The position numbers and the translations under genes were made by a program. A stretch of DNA of 1,036 nucleotides, taken from the sequence record OR846502.1. One strand, 5' to 3'. Positions 1 through 1,036 of this stretch are shown here, in pieces; position 1 is the stretch's first letter, and the number at the start of each line of letters is the position of its first letter. Below the pieces are notes generated by a model. It searched no databases. It was not told the DNA's origin and worked only from the letters and a program-made list of their open reading frames with translations. The DNA is from a phage.

Positions 1-483
1 ATCGCTGCGGCTTTCCACGCGGGGTTTGAGTTCATCGCCCGGTTCAGGCTTTGGCTCCCGTTTTTTCACAGGCAAGTTCACCACAATACTTTCCCCGCGT
101 TCGGCCTCTTCTTTGAGAAGTGGAAGCCTGCCCGTCCAGTCCTCCTTCGGCTGAGGCTCAAACATGCCATTAAACAGCCGGGCCTCTTTCACATCCGCCA
201 GCGCCAGTTTGGTTGCGATAGTGCTTATCTGCATTTCGGAAAGCTCGCCAGCGCGGATCACACGAACACTGCGACGGCCGTTATCAACGATGTTTAATCG
301 TTCCAGTTCTGCCAGTTGCCTTTTGCCCAGATAAACAGGCGGCACATCATCCCACGCCCTTTTACCTTCGCTCTCGATCCAGTGCTGCACATGTGAATAG
401 GCATCTTCACCCGCAAAGATAATCGCCTCAGTAAATTTATCTTTCGGCAGAAATTTGATATTCGGGGCATTCTTCATCTTCAT
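1..483 (-). CDS. Hypothetical protein, N-terminal 161 codons (3' end beyond window start). Begins MKMKNAPNIKFLPKDKFTEAIIFAGEDAYSHVQHWIESEGKRAWDDVPP... and in-window part ends ...NLPVKKREPKPEPGDELKPRVESRSD
   Basis: Manual translation of the reverse complement of 1..483 gives an uninterrupted frame from the ATG at 483..481 to the window edge; each 60-nt block was checked against the plus strand. An SD-like AAGGTG (497..492 on the minus strand) sits 8 nt upstream of the ATG. The start overlaps the upstream stop (TGATG). Not in the ORF track because no stop codon falls inside the window. Confidence 0.8.
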   Translation of the reverse strand, partial: MKMKNAPNIKFLPKDKFTEAIIFAGEDAYSHVQHWIESEGKRAWDDVPPVYLGKRQLAELERLNIVDNGRRSVRVIRAGELSEMQISTIATKLALADVKEARLFNGMFEPQPKEDWTGRLPLLKEEAERGESIVVNLPVKKREPKPEPGDELKPRVESRSD

Positions 484-848
484 CAGTGCAACACCTTATT
501 GGACATATCCGCGCCCAGGTCTTCATGCAGGTACTCAAGGTGGCAGCTTTTCACTATCTGCAACCCCATTTCGTTAATATCGCCATCGTCGGTAAAGCAG
601 GTCAGCAGAATATCCCGCAAACGCCTTAACCCCTCATCGCGCCCGAATTCTTCAAAGCAGCCAAAAATCATATATTTCATCAATACGTTTTCAGTTACGC
701 GCGGCTCCAGCGTGAAGCGATAGCGGGCCATATACTTATCGCTTTCCACCAGCAAGGTTGCCGAACCGGTTTCCGCTATCTGGTGAGCAATACAGGTTTC
801 GGTCAGTTTGCGGAACAATGGGCCTATCACTTCAAAAATATCGGTCAT
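483..848 (-). CDS. Hypothetical small acidic protein, 121 aa, complete; function unknown
   Basis: ORF track entry 483..848 (-). The ATG at 848..846 is preceded on the minus strand by GGAGG (863..859) with a 10-nt spacer. The stop TGA (485..483) overlaps the start of the downstream gene. By my count the protein has about 21 D/E against 13 K/R, so net negative. I recognise no catalytic motif (no Walker A, no CxxC pairs). Confidence 0.8.
   Translation of the reverse strand: MTDIFEVIGPLFRKLTETCIAHQIAETGSATLLVESDKYMARYRFTLEPRVTENVLMKYMIFGCFEEFGRDEGLRRLRDILLTCFTDDGDINEMGLQIVKSCHLEYLHEDLGADMSNKVLH
492..497 (-). promoter_or_regulatory. Shine-Dalgarno-like sequence (AAGGTG) for the downstream gene starting at 483, embedded in the 3' end of the 121-aa gene
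   Basis: The plus strand reads cacctt at 492..497, which is AAGGTG on the minus strand, 8 nt upstream of the ATG at 483..481. Confidence 0.5.
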
Positions 849-1036
849 TGCGGGATACCTCCGCTCATCTGAAATTTGCCAAGTAATGGGTGATACCAGT
901 ACGCCGATCCATATTTGCGCTTCGCGCTGCGCAGAACCTGCCTCGCCACCTCTCTGAACTTGTTATCCGGCGCGATAAAGCCACCAGCTTTCATTCTGAC
1001 CAGCATCACGCCCGTGTTTTTTGCCAGCTCTTCGGC
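845..1036 (-). CDS. Hypothetical protein, C-terminal 63 codons only (5' end beyond window). In-window translation: AEELAKNTGVMLVRMKAGGFIAPDNKFREVARQVLRSAKRKYGSAYWYHPLLGKFQMSGGIPQ*
   Basis: Manual translation of the reverse complement of 845..1036: only one of the three minus-strand frames is open across the whole segment, the other two hit stops within about 30 codons. It ends at TGA (847..845), which overlaps the ATG of the next gene (848..846) in an ATGA arrangement. The tail is basic (about 11 K/R against 4 D/E). Not in the ORF track, presumably because it is truncated by the window edge. Internal ATGs exist, so a short ORF starting inside the window cannot be excluded. Confidence 0.6.
   Translation of the reverse strand, partial: AEELAKNTGVMLVRMKAGGFIAPDNKFREVARQVLRSAKRKYGSAYWYHPLLGKFQMSGGIPQ
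859..863 (-). promoter_or_regulatory. Shine-Dalgarno sequence (GGAGG) for the 121-aa gene, embedded in the 3' end of the upstream gene
   Basis: The plus strand reads cctcc at 859..863, which is GGAGG on the minus strand, 10 nt upstream of the ATG at 848..846. Confidence 0.6.

Noticed and set aside
61-66. Homopolymer T6 on the plus strand (A6 on the coding strand, Lys-Lys codons in gene C) as a possible slippage or phase-variation site
   Set aside because: Six bases is too short for appreciable slipped-strand phase variation, and AAA-AAA lysine codons are common.
499-723. Plus-strand 74-aa ORF from the six-frame track (MDISAPRSSCRYSRWQ...)
   Set aside because: It lies entirely inside gene B on the opposite strand and is Ser/Arg/Pro-rich low-complexity, typical of antisense shadow ORFs. 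I saw no convincing SD upstream of its ATG, while the minus strand carries a continuous coupled gene series with proper SDs.
483-848. Possible metal-binding site in gene B from Cys/His residues (C19-x2-H22; C102-H103-x4-H108)
   Set aside because: The spacing does not match canonical zinc-finger or zinc-ribbon patterns (no paired CxxC or CxxH...CxxC), and conservation cannot be assessed without homologues.
911-935. GCGC-rich imperfectly palindromic stretch (gcgcttcgcgctgcgc)
   Set aside because: Not a true inverted repeat when reverse-complemented and it is within coding sequence. It most likely reflects Ala/Arg codons (minus-strand SAKRK region) rather than an operator or REP element.
1003-1022. 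Short GC stem (cacg..cgtg) followed by a T6 run on the plus strand, superficially terminator-like
   Set aside because: The stem is only about 4 bp with a 2-nt loop, it lies inside the gene A coding frame, and no plus-strand gene ends upstream of it. Most likely coincidental.
1-1036. Attempt to name the genes from memory as specific cryptic-prophage or lambdoid accessory genes
   Set aside because: I could not match any of the three translated sequences to a protein I can reliably recall. Assigning gene symbols would be guesswork, so products are left as hypothetical pending a database search.
1-1036. Scan for tRNA or ncRNA genes, CRISPR repeats, IS inverted repeats, and Walker A (GxxxxGK[ST]) motifs
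   Set aside because: None found. There are no spaced direct repeats and no terminal inverted repeats, and no P-loop in any of the three in-window translations.

Overview
The whole 1036-bp window is coding on the minus strand: three co-directional genes with no intergenic space, joined by overlapping stop/start codons. Gene A (845..1036) is a partial 3' end whose start lies beyond position 1036. Gene B (483..848) is a complete 121-aa acidic protein. Gene C (1..483) is a partial 5' end with 161 codons in the window, continuing past position 1. I could not confidently assign any of the three proteins to a known family from sequence alone, so all are called hypothetical. The compact, translationally coupled layout is typical of prophage or mobile-element accessory modules and of small multi-component systems such as toxin-antitoxin, anti-defence or defence operons, but that is inference, not demonstrated. 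No RNA genes, CRISPR repeats, IS termini or convincing promoters or terminators are visible. The only plus-strand ORF in the track (499..723) looks like an antisense artefact.
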